NCBI RefSeq assembly: GCF_036323395.1
Contig: NZ_AP028907.1
Coordinates: 150,001-182,000 of the forward strand
Source: Pyrodictium abyssi
GTDB taxonomy: Archaea > Thermoproteota > Thermoprotei_A > Sulfolobales > Pyrodictiaceae
Reading direction: 5' to 3'
DNA: 32,000 bases
Positions 1-12,299 of this stretch are shown piece after piece. The first letter of the stretch is position 1; each line of letters opens with the position of its first letter. The translations under genes were made by a program, and so were the position numbers. A model generated the notes under the pieces. That model searched no databases. It saw only the letters and a program-made list of their open reading frames with translations, and was not told the origin of the DNA.

Positions 1-139
1 GGTTGTCTACCTCCACACCCCCTAAGACCTTGGAGCTGTTCTGGACTATCTATGTAGCTGAATTGGGTAGTAACGCAGCGGTTTCTGTGGCCAAGCGGGC
101 ACCCCGGCACAGGGAGCAAAAAGACTTGTGCTATAGGGC

Positions 140-2239
140 TTAGCTCTTCTTCTCGCCTAGGCTCTCAGCGAGCAATTCGGCTATATCCTTCACCTCTACC
201 TCGTAGTCTGGGGCCTCCGCTGAGAGCATCGTGTTGCAGAACGGGCACGCTACTGCTACTACCCGTGCTCCCGTGGACACAGCCTCCTCCATGCGGACGC
301 GGCTCGGGCGCTTGCCTATCTTTATGTCGTAGAATACCCCGCCACCGCCGCCGCCGCAGCAGAAGCTCCTCCACCGGTTCCTCGGCATCTCAGCGACCTC
401 CTCTACTGCCGCTGAGAGCACCTTCCTGGGCTCCTCGTAGAGGCCGTTCCAGCGGCCAAGGTAGCAAGGATCGTGGTAAGTGGCCTTCAGCTTTAGCCTA
501 GCCTTCGGCTTCACCCTACCCTCCTCTACTAGGCGTGCTAGCAGCACTGAGTGATGGACTACATCCACCTTTACACCGTACCTCGGGTACTCGCGGCTGA
601 ACACGTTAAAGCCGTGGGGGCACGTCACTAGCAGCTGCCTGAACCGTAGGCGGGATAGTAGCTCGGTGTTCTGCTTTACGAACTCGGCGAACATCAGCTC
701 GTCGCCGATGCGGCGGGCTGGCTCGCCGCAGCACTGCTGCTCCAGGGAGACTGCTACCCTCAGCCCTGCGCTCTTTAGTACCCGGAGGAGCGCCTCTACT
801 GTGCCGCGTAGCCTAGGATCGTAGGCCGCGGCGCAGCCGACCCAGAGGAGGTAGTCGTACTCCTCGCCCTCGCGGGCCTCCTCTACGAGTCCCTGCTCTA
901 TTAGGCTGCTTAGCCACTCTTCCTTCTCTAACGGGTTAGCGCCGTAGGGGTTCCCGCTGCGCATTAGGTTGTAGCTTACCTGTAGCAGCTCGTCGGGCAC
1001 GTGCTCGCCGCGCGATACTAGGCCGCGGCGTAGGTCTAGCACAGTCTCGACGTGGTGTATAAGCACGGGGCAGTTGTATACGCACGCGCCGCAGGTGACA
1101 CAGCTCCACACTACGTCCGGCTCTACTATTAATGGTACCAGCTCCTCGTCCCACTTACCCTGCCTCATAGCCTCCCGGAGCTTTAGCACGAGATTCATCG
1201 GCGATAGTGGCCTACCGGTGGCCACTGCAGGGCACGCATTGTGGCACCGCGCGCAGCGGGTACACGCGTCGTAGTCCATCCGCTGTTTCCACGAGGTATC
1301 CATCAGTGTTACTACTCCGAAGGTTTTGCCCTCCTCGACTAGCTTCTCAACGTCCGGCACTGGCTTGAAGGCTGCTGGGTGCTCCAGCCTAGCGTAGAAT
1401 GTGTTGAAGAACCCGCTGACGATTATGTGGGCTAGCTTCGTGCCAGGTATGGTTACCAGCAGCAATACGCTGATGACGAGATGCACTACGCGCACTATGC
1501 TGTAGAGCGCGAGGAACCCGGCCGGAGTCAGGCCCTCGAGTAGCGGCGATAGAAGTCTACCGGAGACATCCCACCACGGTATCCCGGCTGGTAGGTGAGC
1601 AGTAGCGGTGGCTGCGTCCAGCACCGCGCCGGTGACCACCACTGCTGCCAGCCATAGGAGCACCAGCTTGTCCTCAGGGCGTGACGGTAGGCCCGGTGTA
1701 AGCCCAGCTGCACGCCTAGCCCCCGCGGCCACTATGCCGGCTAGCAGTAGTATTCCGCCAATGTTTACAAGCACGCGGAATACCGTGAACACGTCTCCGC
1801 TAGGATACCTCGTAGCGGGCGCGTCAAGGATGTAGATTACTCCGGCCGCTGAGAGGAGCACCGCGCCCAGGTATATCAGGAGGTGTACCGCTCCTCCACG
1901 CTTATCGCGTAGAACACGTGCCTGGAGAACACCGGCCACTACGAAGTTCCTCAGACGCGTGGCTAACGCGTCAAGGGACAGTCTTTGCCCGCCATGTGTC
2001 CATCTAGCTATGTACCTGCTGAGCCCGTACAGGAAGAGCGCTATGCCTGGAACCACTAGGAGCACGCGGAGAAGGTCGTAGTCAGCCCCGCTTATGACCG
2101 GGTAGCGGAAGGGCCCACCCGGCGTCACGTGGCAGGCAAGACAGTTACCACGCATCTCTCCGACCGTCGCTGCAGCTGCTCTCGCTGGCTGAAGCACCGT
2201 AGCCGCCGCTGCTAGGAGTAGCCACTGGGGCCGCCGCAC
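140..2239 (-). CDS. Fused membrane cytochrome b (HdrE/DsrM/NarI-like) + Fe-S/CCG-domain (HdrD/DsrK-like) oxidoreductase with N-terminal CxxCH motif
   Basis: Long ORF (track 140..2356; an in-frame GTG at about 2239 gives MRRPQWLLLAAAATVLQPARAAAATVGEMRGNCLACH, a more natural signal-like start). Several hydrophobic segments are followed by CTRCARCHNACP and CGACVYNCP 4Fe-4S motifs and two CCG-type motifs (CCGEPARR; CCGGGGGGVF with ACPFCNTML). Confidence 0.85.
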   Translation of the reverse strand: MRRPQWLLLAAAATVLQPARAAAATVGEMRGNCLACHVTPGGPFRYPVISGADYDLLRVLLVVPGIALFLYGLSRYIARWTHGGQRLSLDALATRLRNFVVAGVLQARVLRDKRGGAVHLLIYLGAVLLSAAGVIYILDAPATRYPSGDVFTVFRVLVNIGGILLLAGIVAAGARRAAGLTPGLPSRPEDKLVLLWLAAVVVTGAVLDAATATAHLPAGIPWWDVSGRLLSPLLEGLTPAGFLALYSIVRVVHLVISVLLLVTIPGTKLAHIIVSGFFNTFYARLEHPAAFKPVPDVEKLVEEGKTFGVVTLMDTSWKQRMDYDACTRCARCHNACPAVATGRPLSPMNLVLKLREAMRQGKWDEELVPLIVEPDVVWSCVTCGACVYNCPVLIHHVETVLDLRRGLVSRGEHVPDELLQVSYNLMRSGNPYGANPLEKEEWLSSLIEQGLVEEAREGEEYDYLLWVGCAAAYDPRLRGTVEALLRVLKSAGLRVAVSLEQQCCGEPARRIGDELMFAEFVKQNTELLSRLRFRQLLVTCPHGFNVFSREYPRYGVKVDVVHHSVLLARLVEEGRVKPKARLKLKATYHDPCYLGRWNGLYEEPRKVLSAAVEEVAEMPRNRWRSFCCGGGGGGVFYDIKIGKRPSRVRMEEAVSTGARVVAVACPFCNTMLSAEAPDYEVEVKDIAELLAESLGEKKS

Positions 2240-2336
2240 AGCAAGGACACCGATTTGAGCAAAAGAGAACGTCGACTGCAAAGGTGTTAAAAGGCTATCC
2301 TTGGGGCCCGATGCTGCCGGGCTACACTGCAGTACT

Positions 2337-3210
2337 CTACCCGGCGCCCAGCGCACTAATCATGCTAACGACTATGCGCTTATGGTCCTCTTCATCCCTG
2401 GCTATCGCCTCGAGGAGCGGTCCGTATACGCTTCTATACGGCTCCTGGAGCACGCTCGATAGCAGCGGCGATACAAGCTCCATAAAGTACTCAGCGTCTA
2501 TGTCGCTCTCCATGCCTGCAAGGAATCTAAGCTCTTCGACCAGCTGCGCCCTGTCCATAGCGCCGCTTCTGAGGATCTCGAGTATCTGGCGAAGCCTGTC
2601 TATAAACCGTGTCGAGGAGGAGCGCCCGCACGTAAACGAGCAGTCTCCGAATACGGCTCTACGTATATCCGTGTAGACTTTCGCATGAACATTACTCTCC
2701 GCTGCTATGTAGCTAAGTGCAGACGAAAACGGTTCATCTAAAGTACTTGTACTTAGCTAACTCTGCGTACACCCTCGCCGCGAGCTTCTCGACCTCGATA
2801 GCACACGATACAACCTCACGGAACAAGTCCTTTTCCAGCCTCACTTTAGCGGCGCCTTTAGCCTGCCGAGGAGCTAGGCCTAGGGGACCGAGTATAGCCG
2901 CGTCATCTCCCTTCTCCAGGAGTTCTAGTATTTAGCTAGCCGCGACACCGCCTAGCCTAGACAGCGGCGCCGCGACGAGGAGCTTTGCTGCTATATTTGC
3001 CCTACTCGCATAGAGCTCGCGGAGCAGTTTATATGCGGCAGAAGGCGACCTAACCGGGAGAACCCTATAGGGTACGCCGTAGGCCCTCTGCGAGGCCGCG
3101 TTAAGCACAACAAGGAACCCGGGGGCACGTCGTCCGAGATACTCGTTAATACTTGCAGCCAGCTCGTTTTCGTCTACACTGTGCAACCACGTGCCCTCTG
3201 ATACGGACAA
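2337..3210 (-). pseudogene. Interrupted coding region; distal part resembles a ferritin-like four-helix protein
   Basis: Track ORF 2932..3210 ends in TAA (plus-strand tta 2932-2934), but the same frame stays open to about 2734 (ILELLEKGDDAAILGPLGLAPRQAKGAAKVRLEKDLFREVVSCAIEVEKLAARVYAELAKYKYFR*). A +1 shift near 2738 continues into LDEPFSSALSYIAAESNVHAKVYTDIRRAVFGDCSFTCG...MDRAQLVEELRF... and then track ORF 2337..2558 (...LLEAIARDEEDHKRIVVSMISALGAG*). Confidence 0.5.
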
Positions 3211-3363
3211 ATGCCGGGCTAATTAATACGCTTACCCACATCACTGGGCATGATTAACCCATTCACCCAGCTGGCTCGCCTACATGCCGGTCAATCTGCT
3301 GCGCCGTGTACCGTGGAGCCCTTTGACGGAGGAGCTAGAGAGCCCAGAAGGGGGATAGGGCTG

Positions 3364-3451
3364 TGGCGCCGGGGGCGGGATTTGAACCCGCGCGGCCGGT
3401 GCGGCCACCGGCTCTCAAGGCCGGCCCCTTAGACCGCTCGGGCACCCCGGC
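3364..3451 (-). tRNA. tRNA-Ser (anticodon UGA), CCA encoded
   Basis: Minus strand GCCGGGG...CCCCGGC acceptor, G73, CCA. Anticodon arm CCGGC-CTTGAGA-GCCGG; long variable arm; T arm GCGGG-TTCAAAT-CCCGC. Confidence 0.93.
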
Positions 3452-3610
3452 GCCCAGTGGCGTCCCCGGTCATGTCACTAGGTTTTCTTGGAGAGGGTAT
3501 TATGGCTTACAGCACCTAGAAGAGCGGAAAGAGCTCATGTATGGCAGGCGTGCAGAATGTGTGGTGCCGCGTAGAGCCAAAACAACCAGGGGTTGCAGGG
3601 TGTATCCTTG

Positions 3611-3919
3611 CTAGCGTAGCCTTATCTCTATGTATACGTCCTCGGGTACGCGGACTCTCATTATCTGCCTCATGACACGCTCGTCGGCGTCAAGTATTAC
3701 TAGGCGCTTGTGTATGCGTAGCTCCCACTTGTCCCACTTCTTGGAGCCCTCGCCATGGGGTAGCTTTAGCGTGGGCACTATGAGCCGCTTAGTGGGCAGT
3801 GGTATCGGGCCGCGGATGCGCACGCCCGACTTCTGTGCTATCTTGCGTATCTGGTCGACAACCGCGTTTAGGTTCTGTACATTCGTGCTCCAGAGCTTTA
3901 TCTCAGCACGCTGCACCAT
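3611..3919 (-). CDS. rps10: 30S ribosomal protein S10 (uS10)
   Basis: 102 aa ORF with uS10 signature ([41 protein letters not shown]); sits between EF-1A and tRNA-Ser as in other Crenarchaeota. Confidence 0.96.
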   Translation of the reverse strand: MVQRAEIKLWSTNVQNLNAVVDQIRKIAQKSGVRIRGPIPLPTKRLIVPTLKLPHGEGSKKWDKWELRIHKRLVILDADERVMRQIMRVRVPEDVYIEIRLR

Positions 3920-4198
3920 AGCCTAGTGCCCCTAGAGCTAGGCGTGGCTACTCCGGTTTAAAGGGCTTACACCCGCCATCCTGGCTGGCAAGACTAGGTA
4001 GCTGTAAGGAGGCTAGCCTAGTAGTCCGGGATAGAGAGGAGCGTAGGGATTGCATAGAACGTGGCTATGCCCCGAGGAATGGCATAGCGATAAGCGGCGG
4101 GGATACACGCTCGGAGAATCGAGTTGGAGAGTAAAAGACTCCATGAAGGCTGTGCATGCTGTATAGGGTTCGTAAAAATTGGGCGCTGGCAGGCGGCG

Positions 4199-5518
4199 TT
4201 ACTTCTTCTTTATCTCTACCTTGGCGGGCTTTACGTCCATTACTACGCCGATGCCTACAGTCTTGCCCATGTCTCTCATGGCGAAGCGGCCTAGCTGTGG
4301 GAACTCGCTGTACTTCTCGATCACCATCGGCTTTATCGGCTTGAACTTTACTATGGCAGCATCGCCCATCTTTAGGAACTGCGGGTTCTTCTCTACTACC
4401 TGGCCAGTCCTCGGGTCTAGCTTGGCCTGTATCTCGGTTATCCTGGCAGCTACGCTGGCGGTGTGAGCGTGTATTACTGGGCTGTAGCCCACTGTGACGG
4501 CGCTGGGGTGCCATATGATGAATATCCTCGCGGTGAACTCCTCGGCTACTGTTGGCGGTGTGTCTGGGTGGCCGGCCACGTCGCCGCGCTTGATGTCCCT
4601 CTTGGATATGCCACGGACGTTGAAGCCTATGTTGTCGCCGGGCTCAGCCTGCTGTATTGGCTGGTGGTGCATCTCAATGCTACGGACTTCGCCGACCACG
4701 CCCGGCGGCATGAAGACTACCTTGTCGCCTACCTTGAGTACGCCGGTCTCGACACGGCCCACTGGGACGGTGCCGACGCCGGGTATGGTGTAGACGTTCT
4801 GTATGGGTATCCTTAGCGGCTTGTCTACTGGCTTCTTAGGCGGCTGTATGTAGTTATCTAGAGCCTCTACCAGGGTTGGGCCGTTGTACCAGGGCATGTT
4901 GGGGCTGCGCTCGATGAGGTTCTCGCCTGTCCAGGCGGATACCGGTATGAAGGGTATCTGGTCTATCTTGTAGCCGAGGCCCTTCATGAACTTCTTGAGC
5001 ACTGCTACTATCTGCTCATACCTCTCCTTGCTGTAGTTCACGTCAGGAGCGTCCATCTTGTTCACAGCTACTATTAGCTGGTCGATACCCATCGTCTTTG
5101 CTAGGATGAGGTGCTCACGGGTCTGACCCTCAGCGCTCATGCCAGCCTCAAACTCACCCTTCCTAGCGGATACCACTAGGATGGCAGCGTCTGCCTGGCT
5201 AGCGCCAGTAATCATGTTCTTAATGAAGTCTCTGTGGCCAGGGGCGTCGATGATTGTGAAGTAGTACTTCTTTGTCTCGAACTTTACGAAGCTCAGGTCG
5301 ATTGTTACACCGCGCTCGCGCTCCTCCTTTAGCCTGTCCATTAGCCAGGCGAACTTGAACGACTCCTTACCCTTCTTCTTGGCCTCCTCCTCTAGTGTCC
5401 TCAGAGTCTTCTCGTCGACGAAGCCTAGACGGAATAGCAGGTGGCCTACTAGCGTGCTCTTACCGTGGTCTACGTGGCCGATGACTACCAGGTTTATGTG
5501 AGGCTTCTGCTGGCTCAT
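4199..5518 (-). CDS. tuf: Translation elongation factor 1-alpha (EF-Tu family)
   Basis: 439 aa; [31 protein letters not shown] and NKMD G motifs. Confidence 0.98.
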   Translation of the reverse strand: MSQQKPHINLVVIGHVDHGKSTLVGHLLFRLGFVDEKTLRTLEEEAKKKGKESFKFAWLMDRLKEERERGVTIDLSFVKFETKKYYFTIIDAPGHRDFIKNMITGASQADAAILVVSARKGEFEAGMSAEGQTREHLILAKTMGIDQLIVAVNKMDAPDVNYSKERYEQIVAVLKKFMKGLGYKIDQIPFIPVSAWTGENLIERSPNMPWYNGPTLVEALDNYIQPPKKPVDKPLRIPIQNVYTIPGVGTVPVGRVETGVLKVGDKVVFMPPGVVGEVRSIEMHHQPIQQAEPGDNIGFNVRGISKRDIKRGDVAGHPDTPPTVAEEFTARIFIIWHPSAVTVGYSPVIHAHTASVAARITEIQAKLDPRTGQVVEKNPQFLKMGDAAIVKFKPIKPMVIEKYSEFPQLGRFAMRDMGKTVGIGVVMDVKPAKVEIKKK

Positions 5519-5573
5519 GAGCCTTCCCCCAGTACCTTTCCTCTTTGCCGGAGAGGCTGCTTTGGGAAACGCG

Positions 5574-5586
5574 TCTTATAAAGGTT
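5574..5586 (-). promoter_or_regulatory. Candidate archaeal TATA box/BRE for EF-1A
   Basis: Minus strand reads ..aacctttataagacgc.. about 60 nt upstream of the EF-1A ATG. Confidence 0.5.
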
Positions 5587-5619
5587 TAGTGAACGGTATC
5601 TACAGAGTATTACTTATCA

Positions 5620-6228
5620 CTACCTGGAGCTTAGAGCAATCCTCTCTATCTCCTCCTTCTTGCGTACAGCGAAGCTCTTCGGGTCACCCTCAGCTGCCGC
5701 TATTAGCTCGTCTGCTAGACACTCCTCTATGGGCTTAGGGTTGTTGAATGCACACATCCTAGCGCCTTCTGTTAGGTGCTTTAGCGCTACGTCGACACGG
5801 TGCTGCGGAGCCACGTCAACTGCGACGAAGTAGGTTATACCACCGTACATTATCCTTGTTACGTCCTCGCGGGGCGCCGAGTTCTCTATAGCGCGCACAA
5901 GTATCTGGAGCGGGTTCTCGCCAGTCCGCAGGTATATTATCTCGAAGGCCTGCTTTACTATGTTGTAGGCTAGATGCTTCTTACCCATGTTGCGGCCGGG
6001 GCGCATCAGCTTGTTTATCAGCCTCTCCACTATCGGGACCTCTGATTTGCCGAAACGGCGGTGCTCGTGACGACCACCAGTATGAGGCAGCCAAACCGGC
6101 TTGAGGCTTATGTAGCGCTTGAGCCCAGGATCCCTTATCTCGACGCCCTCAAAGCTCCACCTCCCGAATAGCTTGATGTTAGCCGGGTCCATGCCGACTG
6201 TGCGGGTCTCCTGCTCCACCGCAGCCAT
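5620..6228 (-). CDS. rps7: 30S ribosomal protein S7 (uS7)
   Basis: Track ORF 5620..6246; probable start MAAVEQETR. Contains [23 protein letters not shown]-type uS7 sequence and [17 protein letters not shown]. Confidence 0.96.
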   Translation of the reverse strand: MAAVEQETRTVGMDPANIKLFGRWSFEGVEIRDPGLKRYISLKPVWLPHTGGRHEHRRFGKSEVPIVERLINKLMRPGRNMGKKHLAYNIVKQAFEIIYLRTGENPLQILVRAIENSAPREDVTRIMYGGITYFVAVDVAPQHRVDVALKHLTEGARMCAFNNPKPIEECLADELIAAAEGDPKSFAVRKKEEIERIALSSR

Positions 6229-6347
6229 CCCGTGTCCCCAGTACACAGGCGCCCAGCTACCCGGATAAATTTAGGCTTGCAGCCTCCGTGGCCGCAAATT
6301 AGGAGATAAGCCCTAGTGCGCCTAGATAGAGTAATAGAGCTTAGTAT

Positions 6348-6875
6348 GTGGACACTATCTGGAGGGACTGGTACACCATGCCTCCACCCCGTTCCAGCGA
6401 TGTACTCCTAGAGGCACGCAGCGTAACAGCAATGATAATACCAAACCCGCCCCATATACCGGTTATAGTCCTCGAGCTAGAGGATGGCCGCGAGTTTACA
6501 CTCTATAACGTCCCCTTCGAGATAGTCCAGGCGCTGAATAGGCTCGAAGAGGGCGAAGACGTGCCGTCTCTAGGTAGTCAGCGGGAGACGGTCTTCGACG
6601 TCCTCACGGACCTCCGATCATTCATAGAAGAGCTGGGCAAACACCTAGAGCACGTTGTTATAGACGAGATAGACTACAGCACCTTCCTCTATACTGCAAA
6701 GGCTAGCTTCAACCTAGGGGGACTCTACATGATAAGGAGGATGGTGCCTAGCCACGCTATATTCCTTGCACGCCTCTTCCGGAAGCCCATATACGTGTCG
6801 AAGAGGCTGGTGGACGAGCAGGAAGAGTACGAAAGAGCTGCTAAGGAAGAGGGAGAAGAGGATATCCAACCTTAG
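6348..6875 (+). CDS. DUF151/bifunctional-nuclease (BFN) family protein
   Basis: 175 aa ORF with VTAMIIPNPPHIPVIVLELEDGREFTLYNVPFEIVQALN... DVLTDL..; family assignment by recalled sequence pattern. The start may be the internal MPPPRS. Confidence 0.7.
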   Translation: MDTIWRDWYTMPPPRSSDVLLEARSVTAMIIPNPPHIPVIVLELEDGREFTLYNVPFEIVQALNRLEEGEDVPSLGSQRETVFDVLTDLRSFIEELGKHLEHVVIDEIDYSTFLYTAKASFNLGGLYMIRRMVPSHAIFLARLFRKPIYVSKRLVDEQEEYERAAKEEGEEDIQP

Positions 6876-7084
6876 CGGCTCTCTAGGAGTATTACACCGG
6901 TTCTCCAGACCAGCATTAACTGAATGCGCTGCAGGCGTAGACGGGCCTCCGCCAGCTTAGGGGGCCCTATGAGCCGCAGAGAGAGGAAGTTGATGGATGA
7001 TACGCGAGGAGGAACCTCTCCTTCAGCTAGCAGAGCTTGGGTAGAGCAGGGGACGGGGCGGCTAAACAGCGAGTCGCGTCTTAC

Positions 7085-7540
7085 TCAGCGCTGTGGCTTC
7101 TGCTTACGGCCCTCTAGTATGGCTTTCAGTGACACGCCATTCACTGTGACTACGCGGTAGCGCACGCCTGGGATGTCACCCATTGAGCGGCCGCGTGGAC
7201 CACCTATACCCTCTATGAGTACCTCGTCGTGCTCGTCTACTACTAGGAGGCCGCCGTCGCCTGGCACGAATGCTGTTACTACACGGCCGTTCTTGATTAG
7301 CTGGACACGTACACACTTACGCACGGCGGAGTTTGGCTGACGAGCCTCTACGCCAACCTTCTCCAGCACTATGCCGCGCGCCATGGGCGCTCCTTCTAGG
7401 GGGTCGTACTTCCTCTTGAGGCCTAGCATGCGTATCTTGAACTCGCGCTCGCTCCAGCGGAACTTGAGCCTCTTGCGGCGCAGCTTACGCGCCGCGAATA
7501 GACCGTTGGGTGACTTCTTGCCGGTCACGGCTCCGTGCAC
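7085..7540 (-). CDS. rps12: 30S ribosomal protein S12 (uS12)
   Basis: 151 aa; [30 protein letters not shown] signature. Confidence 0.97.
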   Translation of the reverse strand: MHGAVTGKKSPNGLFAARKLRRKRLKFRWSEREFKIRMLGLKRKYDPLEGAPMARGIVLEKVGVEARQPNSAVRKCVRVQLIKNGRVVTAFVPGDGGLLVVDEHDEVLIEGIGGPRGRSMGDIPGVRYRVVTVNGVSLKAILEGRKQKPQR

Positions 7541-7589
7541 CCTCCTCTAGGCCGACTCCCATCTACTAGGGCGATGGTGTCTGAGGGGG

Positions 7590-8021
7590 TTATCTTATTT
7601 TTATCTCGTCTATGTCATAGTAACGCTTCAGCACCATACGCGCTACTGATACCTTGCGGCCTCCCTTGCCTATAGCACGGCCCTTGTCGCTGGGGTCCAC
7701 TGTCACGTAGAGTATTTTCCTCCCGTTACGCTGGGCTACGCGTACGCTTAGTATCCTGGCTGGCGCGAATAGGTTCTTCACGAGGCTCTCTAGGTCGTCG
7801 GCGAACTCTACTACCTCTATCTCCTTGCCTAGAAGCTTGCGTAGTCTGTTTATGTTGGCGCCGCGCCTGCCTATAGCCTTGCCCGCGTCGCCGGGGCGTA
7901 CTAGGAATATCACGCGGTTGTTCTCGTTATCCACTATGCAGTCGCGGGCTATAGCGCCCGTGAGGTCCTGGAGGAGCGCCATGTAGCGCATTTCCTCGGC
8001 TGTTAGCCTTATATCCACCAA
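7590..8021 (-). CDS. nusA: NusA-like KH-domain transcription factor
   Basis: 143 aa with two KH motifs (GDAGKAIGRRGANI; DKGRAIGKGGRKV); located between rpl30e and rps12. Confidence 0.94.
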   Translation of the reverse strand: MVDIRLTAEEMRYMALLQDLTGAIARDCIVDNENNRVIFLVRPGDAGKAIGRRGANINRLRKLLGKEIEVVEFADDLESLVKNLFAPARILSVRVAQRNGRKILYVTVDPSDKGRAIGKGGRKVSVARMVLKRYYDIDEIKIR

Positions 8022-8041
8022 GGTGCTCCACTACACCTCCG

Positions 8042-8379
8042 TTACTGCTGTGTCTTGCTTCTGGCTGCCTCGATTAGGTCGAGAATACGGGAGCTGCCCG
8101 GGTCGAGTATCGCTAGACTTGCTACTGTAAATGGCTTACCGCAGACGGCTCCTAGCTCTACGCTGGTGCCCGGGTAAACGTAGGCGGGTATGCCGCTGAG
8201 CTCAGCATAGTAGAGTATGTCGCTACGCAGCTCCGGCGGCGCGTTAGCAGCCACGATGACGGCCTTGGCTTTCCCTGTCTTCACGTAGCGTAGTGCCTTC
8301 CTCGAGCCGAGTATCACCTTACCCGTCTTGAGGGCGTTTACTAGCTCCTTTTCGATATCCGTTACCTGGACCGCACTCA

Positions 8380-8380
<1 letters not shown>
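8042..8380 (-). CDS. rpl30e: 50S ribosomal protein L30e
   Basis: 112 aa; [39 protein letters not shown]; directly downstream of rpoA2. Confidence 0.95.
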
Positions 8381-9651
<1,271 letters not shown>

Positions 9652-12297
9652 TTACACCCTCCAGCCTATCACACGCTCAATCTCGCGGTCAATATCCACA
9701 GCCTTGCCGTGAGCACTCTTCATAGGGTCTACACCGTCTTCGCCGTACACGAACTGCAGTATCTCGCCCTGTGGCGTCCTCACAGTGCCGTCGTATTCGA
9801 CGCGTAGGTCCTGTAGCGCGTTTATCAGCCTCCTCTGCATGTAGCCGCTCTGCGATGTACGTACAGCAGTGTCTACCAGACCCTCGCGGCCACCTGCTGC
9901 GTGGAAGAACACCTCTAGCGGCGTCAAGCCGTCGTAGAAGCTCGAGTAGACGAAGCCCCTAGCAGCTGGGCCTAGATCTCCTGGCCTGAAGTGTGGCAGG
10001 AAGCGGCCGCGATAGCCGCGGTGTATACGCTCGCCGCGCACCGATTGCTGGCCTAGTAGGGCGGCCATCTGGGTTATGTTGAGCTCGTTACCTCTAGCAC
10101 CGGTACGGGCCATAATGTACACGTTGTTGAATGGGTCTAGGTAGTTTACTACTACGTCTTCTACCTTCTTACGTGCCTCCGAGAGCACATCAAGTATACG
10201 TAGCTCTAGGGATTCCTCCATTGTGCGGCCTGGAACGGGCTCGAGCTTGCCCTGCTTGTAGATCTCTATTAGCTCGTATACCCTCTTCTCTGCCTCTTTT
10301 AGTATCTCGCGTATCTTCTCCTTAGCCTCCTTCGGCAGCGCTACGTCGTCAACGGTCATCGTGAAGCCCCTCTTCTCTATGAACCTTATGAACATCTTGA
10401 ACATGTTGTCGTACACGAAGCGCGCGTAGTCGGTACCGTACTCCTTTATGAGCCAGTGCATCATGTTCCTGGGCTGCTCGGTGCCTATCGCCTTCTTGTC
10501 AAGGACGCCTGTCAGCAGCTCGCCCTTCTTTATGGTTATGAACGAGTCGTTCCAGCACCACTCGTCCTCGCAGAGGAATATACCGGCGGCTACACGGGCC
10601 TTTCCACGGAAGTTGAACTCCTTGGGGAGGAAGAGGCTTATCAGCTGCTTGCCGGTCCAGCGCTTCTTAGGCGATAGGATGGCCGGCTCTGGTATCTCGC
10701 CGCGGTAGCCTGCGGCAGAGAGCAGGTCTACTACGTCCTCCTGCGAGAGTAGTGTTGCCTTGCTAGTGAGCAGATAGGCGCCGCTTATGTAGTCCTGGAG
10801 ACCGCCTATGATGGGGCCACCGTAGCGTGGGGAGAGTATGTGGTACTGTACTAGCATTAGCTCACGTGCTTCTGCCTGCGCCTCCTCTGTGCGTGGCACG
10901 TGTAGGTTCATCTCGTCGCCGTCGAAGTCAGCGTTGTACGGCGGGCATACGAGTAGGTTGAGGCGGAACGTCTTACCCGGCAGCACCTTGACTATGTGGG
11001 CCATTATCGACATGCGGTGGAGGCTTGGCTGCCGGTTGAACAGCACTACATCGCCGTCGCGTAGGTGTCTCTCCACGTACCAGCCTGGTTCTAGCATCTC
11101 CGCTATACGCTTGCGGTCGGCATAGCGTAGGTCTATCTTACGCCCGTCCTTTGTTATGACGTAGTTAGCGCCGGGCCAGCGCTCGGGGCCGTTGAGCACG
11201 TAGCGGCGCATCTCTTCTATGTTCCAGGGGGTTACGGGTACTCTCACTGTAAGCGTCTTAGCTATGTCTACAGGCACTCCTACCTCGTTGATGCTTATGT
11301 TGGGGTCCGGCGATATGACTGTACGTGCTGAGTAGTCTACACGCTTACCACTGAGGTTGCCACGGAAACGGCCCTCCTTACCCTTCAGCCTCTGAGCGAT
11401 ACCCTTCAGCGGGCGCCCGCCACGGTGCCTGGCAACGGGTATACGCGGGAGCTCGTTGTCGATGTAGGTCGCTACGTGGTACTGGAGTAGGAGCCAGTGC
11501 TCGTCTATAAGCGCTTGTGGGGCACCGCTCTCTAGCAGCTCGCGTAGCCTCTCGTTTGTACGGACAATGTCCGCGAGCTTGTGGGTTAGGTCGTCCTCAG
11601 CCCTTATGCCCGTCTCTAGCACTATTGATGGGCGTACATGTATCGGGGGCACGGGTAGTACTGTTAGGACCATCCACTCTGGCCTGGCCTCCTCCGGATC
11701 TAGGCCTAGGAGCCGTGCATCATCGTTGGTTATCCTCTCTAGCCGCGTCCTTACCTCGAGCGGGTTCATCTGTACACGGCCTTCGGGGCGCTCCTCGAAG
11801 AAGTTGTAGGGCTTCTCTAGCACCACCTTGTACTGGCGTTCGCCGCAGTGCGGGCACTCCGTGACCTTGGCGGCCTTCTTCTTGACCACTGTTACTAGCA
11901 GCTTTGCTAGGAGGGGCCAGCGCTTCTCCAGCCTCTCGAGTAGCCGGAGGTAGCGCTGTATCTCGTTCTCCGGTAGCAGTATGCGTCCACATCTCCTACA
12001 TGTAGCCCGGAGGGCGTCGTGTATCTGCTTAGCGAATCCCACGTGTATGACTGGGCGTGCTAGCTCTATATGGCCAAAGTGGCCTGGGCAGTGCTTTGCG
12101 TCATTGCCACAGGTGAGGCATACCTGGCCTGGCGCGATAGCGCCTAGCCTGGGGTCCATTAGGCCGCCCTGTATGGGGCGGCCGTCCTCGTCGTAGAGTT
12201 CGCTGGTAACTATGGCTGTGACTGACATGCTGCGTATCTCGTCTGGGGAGAGTATACCGAACTTTATCTCCTTGACTATCTTCTCCTCAAGCACCAT
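9652..12297 (-). CDS. rpoA1: DNA-directed RNA polymerase subunit A'
   Basis: 881 aa; [14 protein letters not shown] catalytic motif and zinc motif [20 protein letters not shown]. Confidence 0.99.
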   Translation of the reverse strand: MVLEEKIVKEIKFGILSPDEIRSMSVTAIVTSELYDEDGRPIQGGLMDPRLGAIAPGQVCLTCGNDAKHCPGHFGHIELARPVIHVGFAKQIHDALRATCRRCGRILLPENEIQRYLRLLERLEKRWPLLAKLLVTVVKKKAAKVTECPHCGERQYKVVLEKPYNFFEERPEGRVQMNPLEVRTRLERITNDDARLLGLDPEEARPEWMVLTVLPVPPIHVRPSIVLETGIRAEDDLTHKLADIVRTNERLRELLESGAPQALIDEHWLLLQYHVATYIDNELPRIPVARHRGGRPLKGIAQRLKGKEGRFRGNLSGKRVDYSARTVISPDPNISINEVGVPVDIAKTLTVRVPVTPWNIEEMRRYVLNGPERWPGANYVITKDGRKIDLRYADRKRIAEMLEPGWYVERHLRDGDVVLFNRQPSLHRMSIMAHIVKVLPGKTFRLNLLVCPPYNADFDGDEMNLHVPRTEEAQAEARELMLVQYHILSPRYGGPIIGGLQDYISGAYLLTSKATLLSQEDVVDLLSAAGYRGEIPEPAILSPKKRWTGKQLISLFLPKEFNFRGKARVAAGIFLCEDEWCWNDSFITIKKGELLTGVLDKKAIGTEQPRNMMHWLIKEYGTDYARFVYDNMFKMFIRFIEKRGFTMTVDDVALPKEAKEKIREILKEAEKRVYELIEIYKQGKLEPVPGRTMEESLELRILDVLSEARKKVEDVVVNYLDPFNNVYIMARTGARGNELNITQMAALLGQQSVRGERIHRGYRGRFLPHFRPGDLGPAARGFVYSSFYDGLTPLEVFFHAAGGREGLVDTAVRTSQSGYMQRRLINALQDLRVEYDGTVRTPQGEILQFVYGEDGVDPMKSAHGKAVDIDREIERVIGWRV

Positions 12298-12299
12298 TG

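Noticed and set aside
2717-2935. Plus-strand ORFs 2284..2676, 2717..2935 and minus ORFs inside known genes (e.g. 936..1154, 1074..1274)
   Set aside because: GC-rich shadow ORFs antisense to coding sequence with low-complexity or implausible protein composition.
3363-3614. Plus-strand 83-aa ORF MAPGAGFEPARPVRPPALKAGPLDRSG and similar GFEPR/GPRGFEPRTTGLE ORFs at 25751..25972 and minus 23774..24155
   Set aside because: These are antisense or same-strand translations of tRNA T arms (GGGATTTGAACCC), a classic spurious ORF signature.
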